A stretch of DNA of 64,000 bases from Octopus vulgaris (lineage: Eukaryota). The notes beneath the pieces are model-generated. The model was not told the DNA's origin. It did no database searches and saw nothing but the letters and a program-made list of their open reading frames with translations. The translations under genes and the position numbers were made by a program. How positions within the stretch are numbered: position 1 is the stretch's first letter; each line of letters opens with the position of its first letter. This document shows positions 25,546 to 37,889 of this stretch, piece by piece. The stretch lies in NCBI GenBank assembly GCA_951406725.2, contig OX597814.1:126666001-126730000 (forward strand), given 5' to 3'.

Positions 25546-26480
25546 TATATATGCACTCTCTCTCTCTTTCTCCTTCTCTCTCCCCCCTCTCTCTCTCTCT
25601 TTCTATCAATAAAAAAAGGTACTGCAATGTTGGGAGCAGCACCTGCTCTATATGTGATTGGTTAATTATCAGTCATTTGATTGTCTGTAATCTTTTTTGT
25701 TAATTGTAAGTGGCTTGATGGCTTAATTAACCATCAAGCAACTGAGTTAATTGCTAGTTGTCTTAAACTTCCTTCAAGGTCAACTGTTTTCAGAATTAAA
25801 TAACTGTGAAGAATGAATAACCAAGACATTAGCTTTCACTGAAGCAGTGACTAGTTTTTATATGTATTCAGTTTTGCATGGTAATATTTTAAGAGAAGAG
25901 AATATTTTTGTCATAGAAAGTTACTTATGGAACAAAGGTTTCTGATGTAATATGGGTTAATGGCTCATCAGTTTCAGGTATATGGGAATTACTAATGGGA
26001 GAAACTAACACACATTGATATTTTATGGACGCATGTAGACATTAATGAGGTAAGCCTACTTCTTAAAACTAAATAACCTCTTGCATCAACAGCCAATCTA
26101 AAGGAGCCTCTATGTGGTCGTTCAACCCGCAAAAAATAGCAAGTAAATTCTCTTCAAACCATACCTTATAATCTTTAAAAAGATTGACATATTGGATAAT
26201 ATAGTCCTAGTTGAATTGTTTGAAAATTAGATGAGATGGTCATGAGTAAGACGATCCAATCTGAACTGACTAAAATTTAGACATCTAATAATTTTCTTAA
26301 AAACTGAATTAAAAGTGTTTAAGTATTCTGTAACTATGGCAATCAGTGCCTCTTCTCTTCATAATATTCTGGAGATCATCTCAAACAGTTCACATTTGCT
26401 TAACTTAGCTTCTCATATCTCTTCTCTTTCCTTTCCTTATTCTGTGTTTACCCATATCTGATCTCTCTATATCTATAGCT

Positions 26481-26775
26481 GGAGGCACAATGGCCCAATG
26501 GTTAGGGCTGCAGACTCATGGTTGGAGGATCGCAGTTTCGATTCCCAGACCAGGCGTTGTGTGTGTTTATTGAGCAAAAACACCTAAAGCTCCATGAGGC
26601 TCTGACAGGGGGTGGTGGTGATCCCTGTTGTACTCTTTCACCACAACTTTCTCTCACTCTCTCTTCCTGTTTCTTGAGTAATGCTGTGATGGACTGGCGT
26701 CCCGTCCAGCTGGGGGGAACACATATACCACAGAAACCGAGAAACCAGGCCCATGAGCCTAGCTAGGCTTGAAAA
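26481..26775 (+). mobile_element. tRNA-derived SINE family C (V-domain-like)
   Basis: A box tggcccaatggtt, B box gtttcgattccc, body gatggactggcgtcccgtccag. Related copy at 39174-39485. Confidence 0.7.
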
Positions 26776-27349
26776 GGACATATAAAATAGCCATTTGATA
26801 AAAACAGGGATAACTACACACCACACATGGATAACATCCTAACATCACACGATAAAAACTCAGCTTCCAGAAAATACAATAAATAAATGTAAAAAACTAG
26901 CAAACGTTTTTATCGAACATAAGCCACAAAATAAACAGTGAGACACTGTTCGAAGTAATTAACAGCATTAATAACAGCCATCCCTTCATTTTTTTCTGCT
27001 TTGCAAATTACTTTATAATCTCACAAGTGCCAGTAGCACAAACGTAGCACCCAGTGCTCACTGTAAAGTGGTTGGCATTAGGAAGGCATCCAGCTGAAGA
27101 AACACACTAAATCTGATGCTGATGCTGAAGCTCCCCAGACCCAGCCAAATTGTTCAACCCATGACAACATGGAAAACAGATGTTAAATAATGATGATTGA
27201 TGATGATACTACATCACATATCTTAATAACTACCACAAATAACGTGCTCAAGCACCAACAGAAAGTAAACTCACTAATCAAACACCCTTCCCAAAATAAG
27301 ACACCAAAAACTGCATAAAGAAGGCAGAAGCATAAAAGGCAAGCATTTT

Positions 27350-27578
27350 GAAGGCAGCGAGCTGGCAGAATCGTTAGCATGCCGGGTGAAATGCTTAGCG
27401 GTATTTTGTCTGCTGTTACATTCTGAGTTCAAATTCCACCAAGGTCGACTTTGCCTTTCATCCTTTTGGGGTCGATAAATAAAGTACCAGTTATGCACTG
27501 GGGTCGATGTAATCGACTTAATACCTTTGTTTGTCCCCTCTATGTTTAGCCCCTTGTGGGAAATAAAGAAATAAGAAT
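27350..27578 (+). mobile_element. SINE family A copy
   Basis: Family A consensus with TSD cataaaaggcaag on both sides. Confidence 0.85.
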
Positions 27579-28511
27579 CATAAAAGGCAAGACACACACC
27601 TCCGATCTAGATCATGACTTTTAACACTTCCTTTCATAATACACCTGGAAAGCAAGAGGGAAGCCCAAAACTTCACAATCCTCAAAGATTAGCTAACAAA
27701 CATGGCTGTGCAGTAAAGAAGTTCACTTTACAACCACGTGGTTTTGGTTTCAGTCCCACTGTGCACCATCATGGGCAAGTATCTTCTACTATAACCCCAA
27801 GCTGACTAACACCTTGTCAGTGAATTTGGTAGATAGAAAATGTGTAGAGCATTGTCATATTCATATACATTATCATCATCATCATTGTTTAACTTCCATT
27901 TTCCATGCTGGCATGGGTTGGATGGAATGACAGGAGTTGGCAAGGCCAGGAGCTGCACAAGGTCCCCTAGTCTGCTTCGGCTTAGTTTCTACAGCTGGAT
28001 GCCCTTCCCAATGCCAACTAGTACTACACACATGCATGCATGTGTCTTTGTGTTTGTCCCCTCCACTGTTTGATAACCTATGATTTAGCAATAAGGTTCA
28101 ATAGAGTAAGTACCAGATTTAAAAATACTAGTACTGGGGTTGATTTGTTCTACTAAACCCATCAGGGCAGTTCCCCAGCATTGCCACACTTTCATGAAGG
28201 AAACTAGTAAAAGATAAAAGGACTCTTCTACCATCAGCGAAATGAACATGCTTGAGATGCATAAGATATGATGTCCCCAATGTAAAACAGATGTAGTGAG
28301 ATCACAGGCAGGCTAACTGAGAAGGGAGTCTTCATATGTGGCAGATGAATAGAAGCAATAAACATGAAGAACACATAGAAATAGATTCTTTCAAATAACT
28401 GGACAATCACAATCCTCTAAAAGAAATTGATGGATTGTCTTACTTAGGTAATTTAATTAGCAGTAGTGGTGGGTGTTCTAAAACCATTTTAATCATTTAT
28501 ATATATATATA

Positions 28512-29570
28512 TGATCCGCTGAATGTGTAATGTCAGTGTGCATACACGACAGAGTGTAAGTGCCCTGAGAGAAATGCTGGACATAAGAAGCATTAGATGT
28601 GGCATGCAAGAGAGACGTCTGCACTGGTATGGTCATGTACTACGGATGGATGAGGAGAGATGTGTGAAGAAGTGCCACTCCCAAACAGTTGAAGGAATCC
28701 AATGTAGAGGTAGACCCAGGACATGGGATGAGGTGGTCAAGCATGACCTTCGAACATTGGGTCTCACAGAGGCAATGACGAAAGACCGAGACCTCTGGAG
28801 ATATGCTGTGACTGTGAAGACCTGACAAATAACGTTTCCTGCACCAGCTTCACATAGAAGCCCCAGCCCTTCCAAAGTGCCTTGGATTGCAGGACGGCTT
28901 GCTGTACTTACCTTGGATTGTAGGGTGACCTGCTGTGCTTGAGGAGACCTATTGAGTTAAGTACATCACCATGAACATCAAAAAATCAAATGGAAATTGT
29001 AGTTGTGATACGTGTGCCGATGGCATGTAAAATGCACCATCCGTACGTGGTCGATGCCAGCGCCACCTCGACCAGCTTCCGTGCCGGTGGCACGTAAAAA
29101 GCACCAACTGATCGTGGATGTTGCCAGCCTCCCCTGGCACCTGTGCTGGTGGCAGCTAAAAAAAGCACCATCCGTATGTGGCCAATGCCAGCGCCACCTT
29201 GACTGGCTTCCGAGCTGGTGGCATGTAAAAAGCACCAACCAATCGTGGCCATTGTCAGTCTCCCCTGGCACGTAAAAAGCATCATCTGTACGTGGTCGAT
29301 GCCAGCGCCGCCTTGACTGGATTCCGTGCAAGTGACACATAAAAAGCACCAACTGATCGTGACCATTGCCAGCCTCCCCTGGCACCTGTGCCGGTGGGAC
29401 GTAAAAAGCACCCACTACACTCACGGGGTGGTTGGCATTAGGGAGGTCATCCAGCTGTAGAAACACTGCCAGATCAGACTGGAGCCTGGTGCAGCCTCCT
29501 GGCTTCCCAGATCCCGGTCAAACCGTCCAACCCATGCTAGCATGGAAAACGGACGTTAGATGATGATGAT
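28512..29570 (+). mobile_element. RTE LINE 3' fragment with tandem 3' UTR subrepeats
   Basis: ORF 28523-28825 is the RTE C-terminus. ~6 copies of a ggcacgtaaaaagcacc-containing unit, then a GAT tail. Confidence 0.9.
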
Positions 29571-30199
29571 TACATGTGTCGGCTGTCGGTTTATTCTACC
29601 TTAAGTTTTCTCTTAAGTTATATTATTTATTTAGGCTTTCCTCTGAGTAAGGGAAAATATAATGATTTATCGTCACTTATACTAAAGTGTTATTGTATCT
29701 TTAACCCTAACTGCAGTTGTAACGTCATAAAGACATATACGCATGGAACGCTAACTCAACGACCATGTATGTTGAATATTTTAATCGTGTCCTTTAAACC
29801 GCTATAAGAAACATAAAATGCATATTTCTCTATGCTCAGTTGAAAATCAAACGTGAAGAGAAACATTTTCTTTTTAATTATTTTATTTATATAAATATAA
29901 CATTTTATATTTATTTACAAGAAGAAAGATAACTTAGTCGTGAAGAAAAACAACTTTAAATTCCTTAGCTAATTTCTTTTTCTATCTAATACGTTAACCA
30001 ACAAATCAAAATAGATTTGTGATTAACGTAGAGATGGCATAAAAATTTACTGATGTCTCCAAAAGAGTGAGTGTCGTGGAGTTGAATGACTACCGAACGA
30101 ACACTAAAGTCTCTCCCCAAATCCAGGGTTTTTATAACTGCTCAACCTGATCAAAAAGAAACGAAATTCAGGACAAACATTCTTTTCGAAACTTCTAGA

Positions 30200-30326
30200 A
30201 TCTTTATACGAGCAGTTACACTAACCAATGGGAAAAGAACGAAAATGACAATTCCTCGGCGAAGACATTACGTCATATTGCCAATTCGCGCCACATTTCA
30301 AAATGGCTAAAATGGCTATTGCTACA
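30200..30326 (+). promoter_or_regulatory. Promoter-like motif cluster (CCAAT x2, CRE/ATF, E2F, CHR-like, YY1 x2)
   Basis: CCAAT 30225 and 30281; TTACGTCA 30268; TTCGCGCC 30285; TTTCAAA 30296; CAAAATGGC 30299; AAAATGGC 30309. Local CpG retention. Confidence 0.6.
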
Positions 30327-30509
30327 CTAGCATGGAAAACGGACGTTAGATGATGATGATGATGATTACATGTGTATAAGAAGGGATGTAATACAATTTT
30401 TTTAAATTTTCAGATTTTTCTATATGCTAGGCTACTGGTTTTAAATTGATGTTAATTAAATTAATATTCAATTTATCACCCTCATTATTTAAATAATATA
30501 TATATATAT

Positions 30510-31303
30510 TAGCACGACCTTCGAACCTTGGGTCTCACTGAGGAAATGACCTGCGACCGAGACCTTTGGAAATATGCTGTGCATGAGAAAACCAGGCAGG
30601 ACAAGTGAGTCCAGCCCACTTATGCATACCTTTCCCCCCTTGGACACACAAAAACCTGTTGAGGCAAGCGAAGTCGATATCGAACCTCATCCGACGACAG
30701 GCACCTATGGCAACCTCCCTTGTGTGCGAAGACCTGTTGGGGCAAGTGAAATCGAAATTGAACCAATCCTATGACTAGCACCTGGCAGATGCCAGGGCCC
30801 TGGGACCGGAGGTACGTAAAAAGCACTATCTGAATTGTGGCCGATGCCAGCGCCGCCTCGACTGGCTTCCGTGTCGGTGGCACGTAAAAAGCACCATCCA
30901 AATCATAGCCGAAGCCAGTGCTGCCTCGACTGGCTTCCATAAAATGCACCATCCGAATTGTGGCCGATACCAGCGCCGCCTCGACTGGCTTCCGTGTCGG
31001 TGGCACGTAAAAAGCACCATCCGAATCGTAGCCGAAGCCAGTGCCGCCTTAACTGGCTTCCATAAAATGCACCAATCCGACCGTGGCCGATGCCAGCCTT
31101 GCCTGGCACCAGTGCAGGTGGCACGTAAAAAGCACCCACTACACTCACGGAGTGGTTGGCGTTAGGAAGGGCATCCAGCTGTAGAAACTTTGCCAGATAA
31201 GACCGGAGCCTGGTGCAGCCTTCTGGCTTCCCAGATCCCCGGTCGAACCATCCAACCCATGCTAGCATGGAGAATGGACGTTAAACGATGATGATGATGA
31301 TGA
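30510..31303 (+). mobile_element. Young RTE LINE 3' fragment with subrepeat array
   Basis: Starts gcacgaccttcgaaccttggg, followed by CpG-rich subrepeats and a (GAT)n tail. Confidence 0.9.
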
Positions 31304-31904
31304 TATATATATATATATACATAGAGGGATAGAGAGATAGATAGATAGATAGATATACATGGTTTACAGTGTAACCTGGAGAGTGAATAAGAGGGGGGGT
31401 GTTAAGTAAATTTCCTTTGTAGTTTCTAGTTTCTAATTTGTCCTAGTTTTTTTGTAATTTCAGTTAAAAATGGAGGGCAGAATGATTTGCTATTGTTGTT
31501 TGACCTAGGTCAACACCAATCAGGTACACCTCATGACTGAAGGCATTCAACCATTATCAGTCTTTTAGGATTGTATTGGTTTACATTATTCAATGTATCC
31601 TCTCTATATTTAACATAATAAAGTGCAACAAAGGAGATTTGGCTACTCTTTCAAGCTGGTTCAATAAAACAACCACATAGAGACTCTCTTGATGGTTCAA
31701 ATTAATCCTGTTTGTAACTCCTTATATGGTCAGTTGTAAGTGGAGGGAAAAGTTATAATGATTGGTTGAACGCTGCAAGAATAGAGATAGTCTGTTGTCA
31801 GATATATTATTGTACTTATTTCATAGAATAAAGAATTGCAAGTAACAAAACAATGGGCTATTTGCTAATCAATGAGCAATATGCTGACCTCACAGTTCAG
31901 GGAG

Positions 31905-32525
31905 AGACAAAAGAGAAAATATGAAGATGGGGGGGGGGGGGGGGTAAAAAAAAGAAAAAAATTAATTGAAAGTGTGTGAGAAGTTGAACAGTTTAAATAA
32001 GAAATGCAAACCTTTGTAAATGTAATGCAAATATTGCAGCGAACACCATTGTAATATTTACGAGCATATGTAGATGTGTAAGCTTGATCATCATCATCAT
32101 TGCCAGCATCATTACCATCATCATCACTGTCTTAACGTCAACTTTTTTGTGTTTGCATGGGTCAGATAAGCATATGTTGGAGCAAAGTTGTCCACATTCG
32201 GATCCCCTTCCTGATGCCAACTCCAACCTGTTTCCAAATGTGACGATAATCTCTCAGTTCACTGAACAAGAAGCAGCCTGGACATGGTTATGTAGCAGTG
32301 TGGAAATAAATGACACCATATGAATGAACTGTTTGTTTACAGACAAAAGAGAAAATAGAAAGCCCGTATGATGTGGGTGGTTGCAGAGAAAGAAAGAAAC
32401 AAAAAGGTGAAAGAGTGTGAGAAATTGAACAGTTTAAATAAGAAATGCAAATTTTTGTAATTGTAATGCAAATACTGCAGCAAATGCGATTGTAATATTT
32501 GCGTGCATATGCAGATGTATGCAAA
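31905..32525 (+). repeat. Old diverged direct duplication (~435-bp period)
   Basis: agacaaaagagaaaata...ttgaacagtttaaataagaaatgcaaa...ttgtaatattt at 31905-32085 and 32341-32525. Confidence 0.75.
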
Positions 32526-33082
32526 TATTTGTTTACAAAAATTAAGCAATTATCATCATCATCATCATCATTTAACGTCCGCTTTTCATGCTAGCATGGG
32601 TTGGATGATTTGACCGAGGACTGGTGAACCAGATGGCTGTGCCAGGCTCTAATCTGATCTGGCAGAGTTTCTACAGCTGGATGCCCTTCCTAACGCCAAC
32701 CACTCTGAGAGTGTAGTGGGTGCTTTTAAAGTGCCACCGGCACGAGGGCCAGTCTAGCAGTACTGGCAACGGCCACGCTCAAAAATGGTGTTTTTTATGT
32801 GCCACCTTCACAGGAGTCAGTCCAGTAGCACTGTGAACGACCTTGTTTGAATGTTTTGTTCACGTGCCAGTGAGGCGATGCTGACAACGATCATGCTCAA
32901 ATGGTGCTCTGGCAGTGATCCTGCTTGGATGGAGCTGTTACCATTTGTCAAGCAAACAGAAATAATCAGTTCTAATAATATCAAAAGCACAATGCAGGAT
33001 TTATAGCAGTATTAGTTGCAGTAATATTTGAGCTCCACTTGCATGGGTGCCAGTCATTGAATTTGGTTCAATTTCGATATAT

Positions 33083-33131
33083 CTTGTTGATATATCTTGA
33101 CATAAGCAATATGTCAAGATATATCAACAAG
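33083..33131. repeat. Perfect 22-bp inverted repeat with 5-nt loop
   Basis: cttgttgatatatcttgacata-agcaa-tatgtcaagatatatcaacaag. Confidence 0.9.
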
Positions 33132-33775
33132 CCCTTCTTTTCAGTTTCTCTCTACCAAATCCACTCAGAAAGGTGTGATCAACCTAGAGCTATAGTAGAA
33201 AAATTTACCCAAGGTGCAACATTGTGGAATTGAACTCAAAATTACACGTTTGGAAAAGAACTTCTTCACCACACAGCCATGTTTATGCCTGTAATCAATA
33301 ATTTGTTTAAAAGAAATATATTATTAAATTACTGAATTCTAACATATGCACAAAACCACAGGTTTTGATGGAAAATATAAATGGTTGTACTTGGTTATAT
33401 CAACCCCAGCACTTGAAGGGCATCCAGCTTTGGAAACCATGCCAAAGCAGACAGAGCTTAGTGCTATCTTCTGACTTGCCAGCTCCTATCCAACTACCCA
33501 ACTCATGCCAGACATAAAATGATGACAGTGGTGGTGGTGGTGGTTGTGGTTACGACGATGATGACGAGTAAGAGAAGGAGGAGGAGGATTGAAATCTAAC
33601 TCAGTAAAACTTTTAACTAGTAATCTAGATTTATCATGCTTTGCTCAGTCAACCAATTTCACACATCAAGGTCATGTCTGTGTGTGTGTGTAATCATGAC
33701 TATTGACATCAGCAGCATCATGGAAAATGGATGTTAAATGATGATGATAGTGTCAGTAGTTATGATCATATATAT

Positions 33776-33994
33776 CAGTGCTTTTCAACCTTTTTGCTGG
33801 AGCGGAACCCCAAGAAAACATTCCCCTGGCTCGAGGAACCCCTGTGCAATAATTTAATTGTCTTATGCACACATATCTGCACAGGAGGATTAAAAATTAC
33901 TGTCGATTTTAGCATTTTTGTAACTTCTTGCAGAACCCCTGGACTGTACTGGCGGAACCCTAAGGTTCCGCGGAACCCTGGTTGAAAACCACTG
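33776..33994. mobile_element. hAT MITE
   Basis: TIRs cagtgcttttcaacc / ggttgaaaaccactg, with 8-bp atatatat on both flanks. Confidence 0.85.
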
Positions 33995-34002
33995 ATATAT
34001 AT

Positions 34003-34262
34003 ATATATTTATTCATATTAAGGGCATTACTATACATAAATGCCTCACACTAGGAGGGACTCTTAAAGTCAAACTACTATAATAATATTTATTATGGTAG
34101 TCTTGACTTTAAGAGTTCCTCCTAGCATGAGACATTTATGTATAGTAATGCTCTTAATATAAATAAATATATTTAAAAGGAATAATTAATAAATTTTTCC
34201 CTTATGAGGTTTTTCACGCTACTTGATAAATTCTTATAAAGATATTATCCTAATTTGCAATT

Positions 34263-34263
<1 letters not shown>
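34003..34263. repeat. ~80-bp-arm palindrome with one extended arm
   Basis: atattaagggcattactatacataaatg...aagtc vs gactt...catttatgtatagtaatgctcttaatat, centred near 34087, between (TA)n tracts. Confidence 0.85.
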
Positions 34264-34320
<57 letters not shown>

Positions 34321-35237
34321 TAGACTACCTGTGACCCGTTGGGTCACTAATAGTTCAAGGTACCCCAAAAAAATTTTTTTACCAACCAAATGTGTGTGTG
34401 TGTATACACACACACATATATACATCACCAGTCAGCATGGGTTGGACGGTTTGACCGGGGTCTGGCAAGCCATGGAGGCTGCACCAGGCTCTAGTCTGAT
34501 TTGGCAGAGTTTCTATAGCTGGATGCCCTTCCTAACGCCAACCACTCCATGAGTGTAGTGGGTGCTTTTTACGTGCCACCAGCACAGGGGCCAGATGAAT
34601 ATATATATATATACACATATATATAGGTGACTACTTCTCCACATTTCTCACAGAAAATTTATCATCATAGACATGTTGTTGTTCACATATATCTCATTTT
34701 ATTGGCTTCTATCATCAAGAATTTTAGTCATTTGATCAATATCTGTTTGTTGAATAGTTAAGTTTACCATCATATTGATTCACGGTCCTTGAAGAAGTTA
34801 CATAAGGTTTTAAAATTTCTTTTTTAATAATAATTTCATGTGTCTAAAGAATTTGGCCAGCGTCCAAAAATGTACAAATTTTTGGCAGTACATATGTAAT
34901 AAAACTGGAACAATACATAGGAAATTGGTGTAGCCCCTCAGTAAAAACAGACAAATTTATACAAATGCTTGTGAGTGCAGAAAAGCTATTGATGTTCTAC
35001 TAATTGTTGTTGAAAATTTGAGATAAAAAAACTATTTAAGATCGGTTAGAATCATATTGATGTCTTCTATATTTTAATAGTAAAGTAAGGAATTTGTCTT
35101 TTATCTTCATCTTTTACTCATTTCAGTCATTAGACTGAAGCTCAGCTGGGGTTCTACCTTGAAGGCTTTAGCTAAACAAATTGACCCCAGTTCTTAATTT
35201 AAGCCATATTTATTTATATTTAATATTTAATAATACT

Positions 35238-36640
35238 AGAAAAGAAATTTCAGGTGTGGAAGCAAGGTTTAGAATCGAAGGGCCTTAGAATCAATGTTGC
35301 GAAAACCAAAGTCCTAGTAAGTAGGAAGGTGAGCACATCACAAACCCTTTCAGGTAGATGGCCCTGCTCAATCTGTAGAAAAGGTGTAGGTAGAAACTCC
35401 ATAAGATGTACCCAGTGTAAGCTATGGATGCATGAGAGGTGCAGTAACATCAAAGGAAGGCTAACTGGGAAGATAGATTTTGTGTACGGCAGATGAACAG
35501 GGGCAATAAACACTGCAGATGTTCAGAAAACTGATTCTATCACATGCCAGAGGGAGAAACTAGAAGTAGTTGATAGCTTCCACTACCTAGGTGACCATGT
35601 CTGTAGTGAGAGTGGATGCTCAGAGAGCATTGCCACTAGAATAAGAATAGCCTGGGCAAACTTCAGAAAGCTCCTACCTCTACTGATGACAAAGGGCCTC
35701 TCACTTAGAGTGCAAAGTAGATTGTATGATGCATGTGTGCGAACTGCCACGCTACACGGCTGTGAAACATGGGCCATGACAGCTGAAGACATGTGTAAGC
35801 TCAAAAGAAATGAAGCTAGTATAATCCGCTGGATGTGTAATGTCAGTGTGCCCACATGATAGTGTAAGCACCCTGAGAAAAATGTTGGAAATAAGAAGCA
35901 TCAGATGTGGTGTGCAAGAGAGACAACTGCACTGGTATGGTCATGTGCTACATATGGGTAAGGAGAGCTGTGTGAAGAAGTATCACTCCCTAACAGTGAA
36001 AGGAACCTGTGGAAGAGGGAGACCCAGGAAGACATGAGATGAGGTGGTCAAGCATGACCTTTCGAATGTTGGGCCTCACAGAGGCAATGACAAAAGACCA
36101 AGACCTCTGGAGATATGCTATGATTGAGAAGACCCGCAAGTAAAGTGAGATCACAGCCATAGCCTACACCAGTGTCACATAACAAGCCCGCTTAAAAAAG
36201 TACCTTTGAATCATCAGGTGATCTGCCCTGCTTGAGGAGACCTATTGAGTCAAGTAAATCAAAACCAAAATCAAAATCAAGTCAAATGGAAATTGTAGTT
36301 GTGGCCAATACCAGTGCCGCCTGACTGGATCCTATGCTGGTGGCATGCAATAAGCACCATGCATGCATGAGTCATTGCCAGTTCCGCCTGACTGGCTCCT
36401 CATGCCGGTGGCTCATAAAAAGCACCATCCGAACATGGTCAATGCCAGACCCCACCCCGACTGGTGGCATGTAAAAAGTACCCAATACACTCTTGGAGTT
36501 GTTGGCATTAGGAAGGGCATCAAGCTGTAGAAACATTGCCAGCTCAGATCAGAGCCTAGTGCAACTTCCTGGCTTGCCAGTCCTCAGTCAAAACATCCAA
36601 CCCATGCATTAAATGAGCATTAAATGATGCTGATGATGAT
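35238..36640 (+). mobile_element. RTE LINE 3' half (PHD-like finger, C-terminus, 3' UTR)
   Basis: WPCSICRKGVGRNSIRCTQCKLWMHERC; WYGHVL; GRGRPRKT; GAT tail. Confidence 0.92.
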
Positions 36641-36865
36641 TTATATATTTATTTATATAATTTTTATATATTTATATTTATTCATATTTAACTCTTACTT
36701 TTTAAGTACTTATTTTTCATCCTGTCAGTCTCTTTTGCCAAACTGATAAGTTACAGGGATGTAAACAAACCAATACTGGTTTTCAAGCTATATGAGACAA
36801 ACAAAGATAAAAATTAACACACACACCCACATGTAATGGCTGTTGGCTCCTTGCAGGGCTTGACC

Positions 36866-36895
36866 TCTTGGCATTTTGGCCAAGATCAAAGTGTA
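36866..36895 (+). pseudogene. U2 snRNA 5'-end-derived fragment
   Basis: tcttggcattttggccaagatcaaagtgta vs recalled U2 TCTCGGCCTTTTGGCTAAGATCAAAGTGTA (3 mismatches). Confidence 0.7.
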
Positions 36896-36898
36896 ATG

Positions 36899-36949
<51 letters not shown>

Positions 36950-36950
<1 letters not shown>

Positions 36951-37290
36951 ATGATGGTTATCTTCTCCTCATGCAGAGTTTGACCACTTCCTGTACCTAC
37001 ATCTTAGAACCATAATGTTTTGAAAAGACACCCACATAGATTGCATATACAATCTGGAGCACCAAGAGCTGCAGTTAAGTTCTGATCTTTGTGGCTCTTA
37101 AAATGTCTTTTGAGGCCTCCGTTAGATTTGCAGACCTTCTGGCATACATTGTGTTGAAAGGTGTGCTCAGGCATATAGGCAGAATATTGGTGGAAGTTCG
37201 TTTCCCATGGGTTTGCAAATGAGATTTGAGCCCAGCAAAAGAAAGGCTTGGTCTGACACAAACTGTGCACGCAAAAAGGTCATTGTGATT
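36950..37290 (-). mobile_element. RTE/Bov-B-type LINE 3' end with C2H2 zinc fingers
   Basis: CTVC..SFAGLKSHLQTH, CQKVCKSNGGLKRHFKSH, CNLCGCLFK (frameshifted), then a short 3' UTR ggtcaaactc..gaggag..ccatcat into (CA/TA)n. Confidence 0.7.
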
Positions 37291-37370
37291 CACCTTCTTA
37301 ATTGTAACATTCTTACATCACTTACATTATTTACATTTGATGGATATTTGTCCTCATTTTGTTTCTTGCT

Positions 37371-37416
37371 AACACAACATTTCAGCTGATATACCCTCCA
37401 GCCATCATCAGATGTC
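37371..37416 (-). ncRNA. Hammerhead ribozyme-like motif (minimal type I)
   Basis: gacat CTGATGA t GGCTG gagggtatat CAGCT GAAAT GTT gtgtt. Confidence 0.55.
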
Positions 37417-37639
37417 TTGGAGAAATTTCGAACCCGGGTTCTCATTCCTAAGGTATTTTTTGATGTTGTTGTTGTCGTCATTATCATCATCATTATTCAG
37501 GTCACTGCTTGGAAATGAACTCGGAATCTTGGGGTTAGTAGCCCACGTTCTTAACCACTATGCCATATGCCTGTGGTTAAGAGCGCAGACTACTAACCCC
37601 AAGATTCTGATTTCAATTCCAAGCAGTGACCTGAATACT

Positions 37640-37889
37640 TTACGGAGATGTACTTGCATAGCAAGTGATTTGATCTGAGATCGTGTGCTGAAACGAAAAC
37701 AATTGCAGCGTGGAAGGTGTTTGTAAGCCATTTAAGAAACACACAAAAGCCGTTCGATTCACTTCAACATTTAAGTTTAATTTATCAACAGGTCGTGGTC
37801 TTAAAGTGACGAAAATATTTTGACAAATTAAACTTAAATGTTGAAGTGAATCGAACGGCTTTTGTGTGTTTCTTAAATGGCTTACAAAC
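37640..37889. mobile_element. Nested insert with 69-bp perfect inverted repeat
   Basis: Direct repeat acctgaatact at 37629-37639 and 37890-37900. 37715-37783 is the reverse complement of 37825-37893. Confidence 0.85.

Noticed and set aside
29020-29415. CRISPR-like repeat/spacer pattern
   Set aside because: The 'spacers' are homologous to one another, the array is in a LINE 3' UTR, the DNA is eukaryotic and no cas genes are present.
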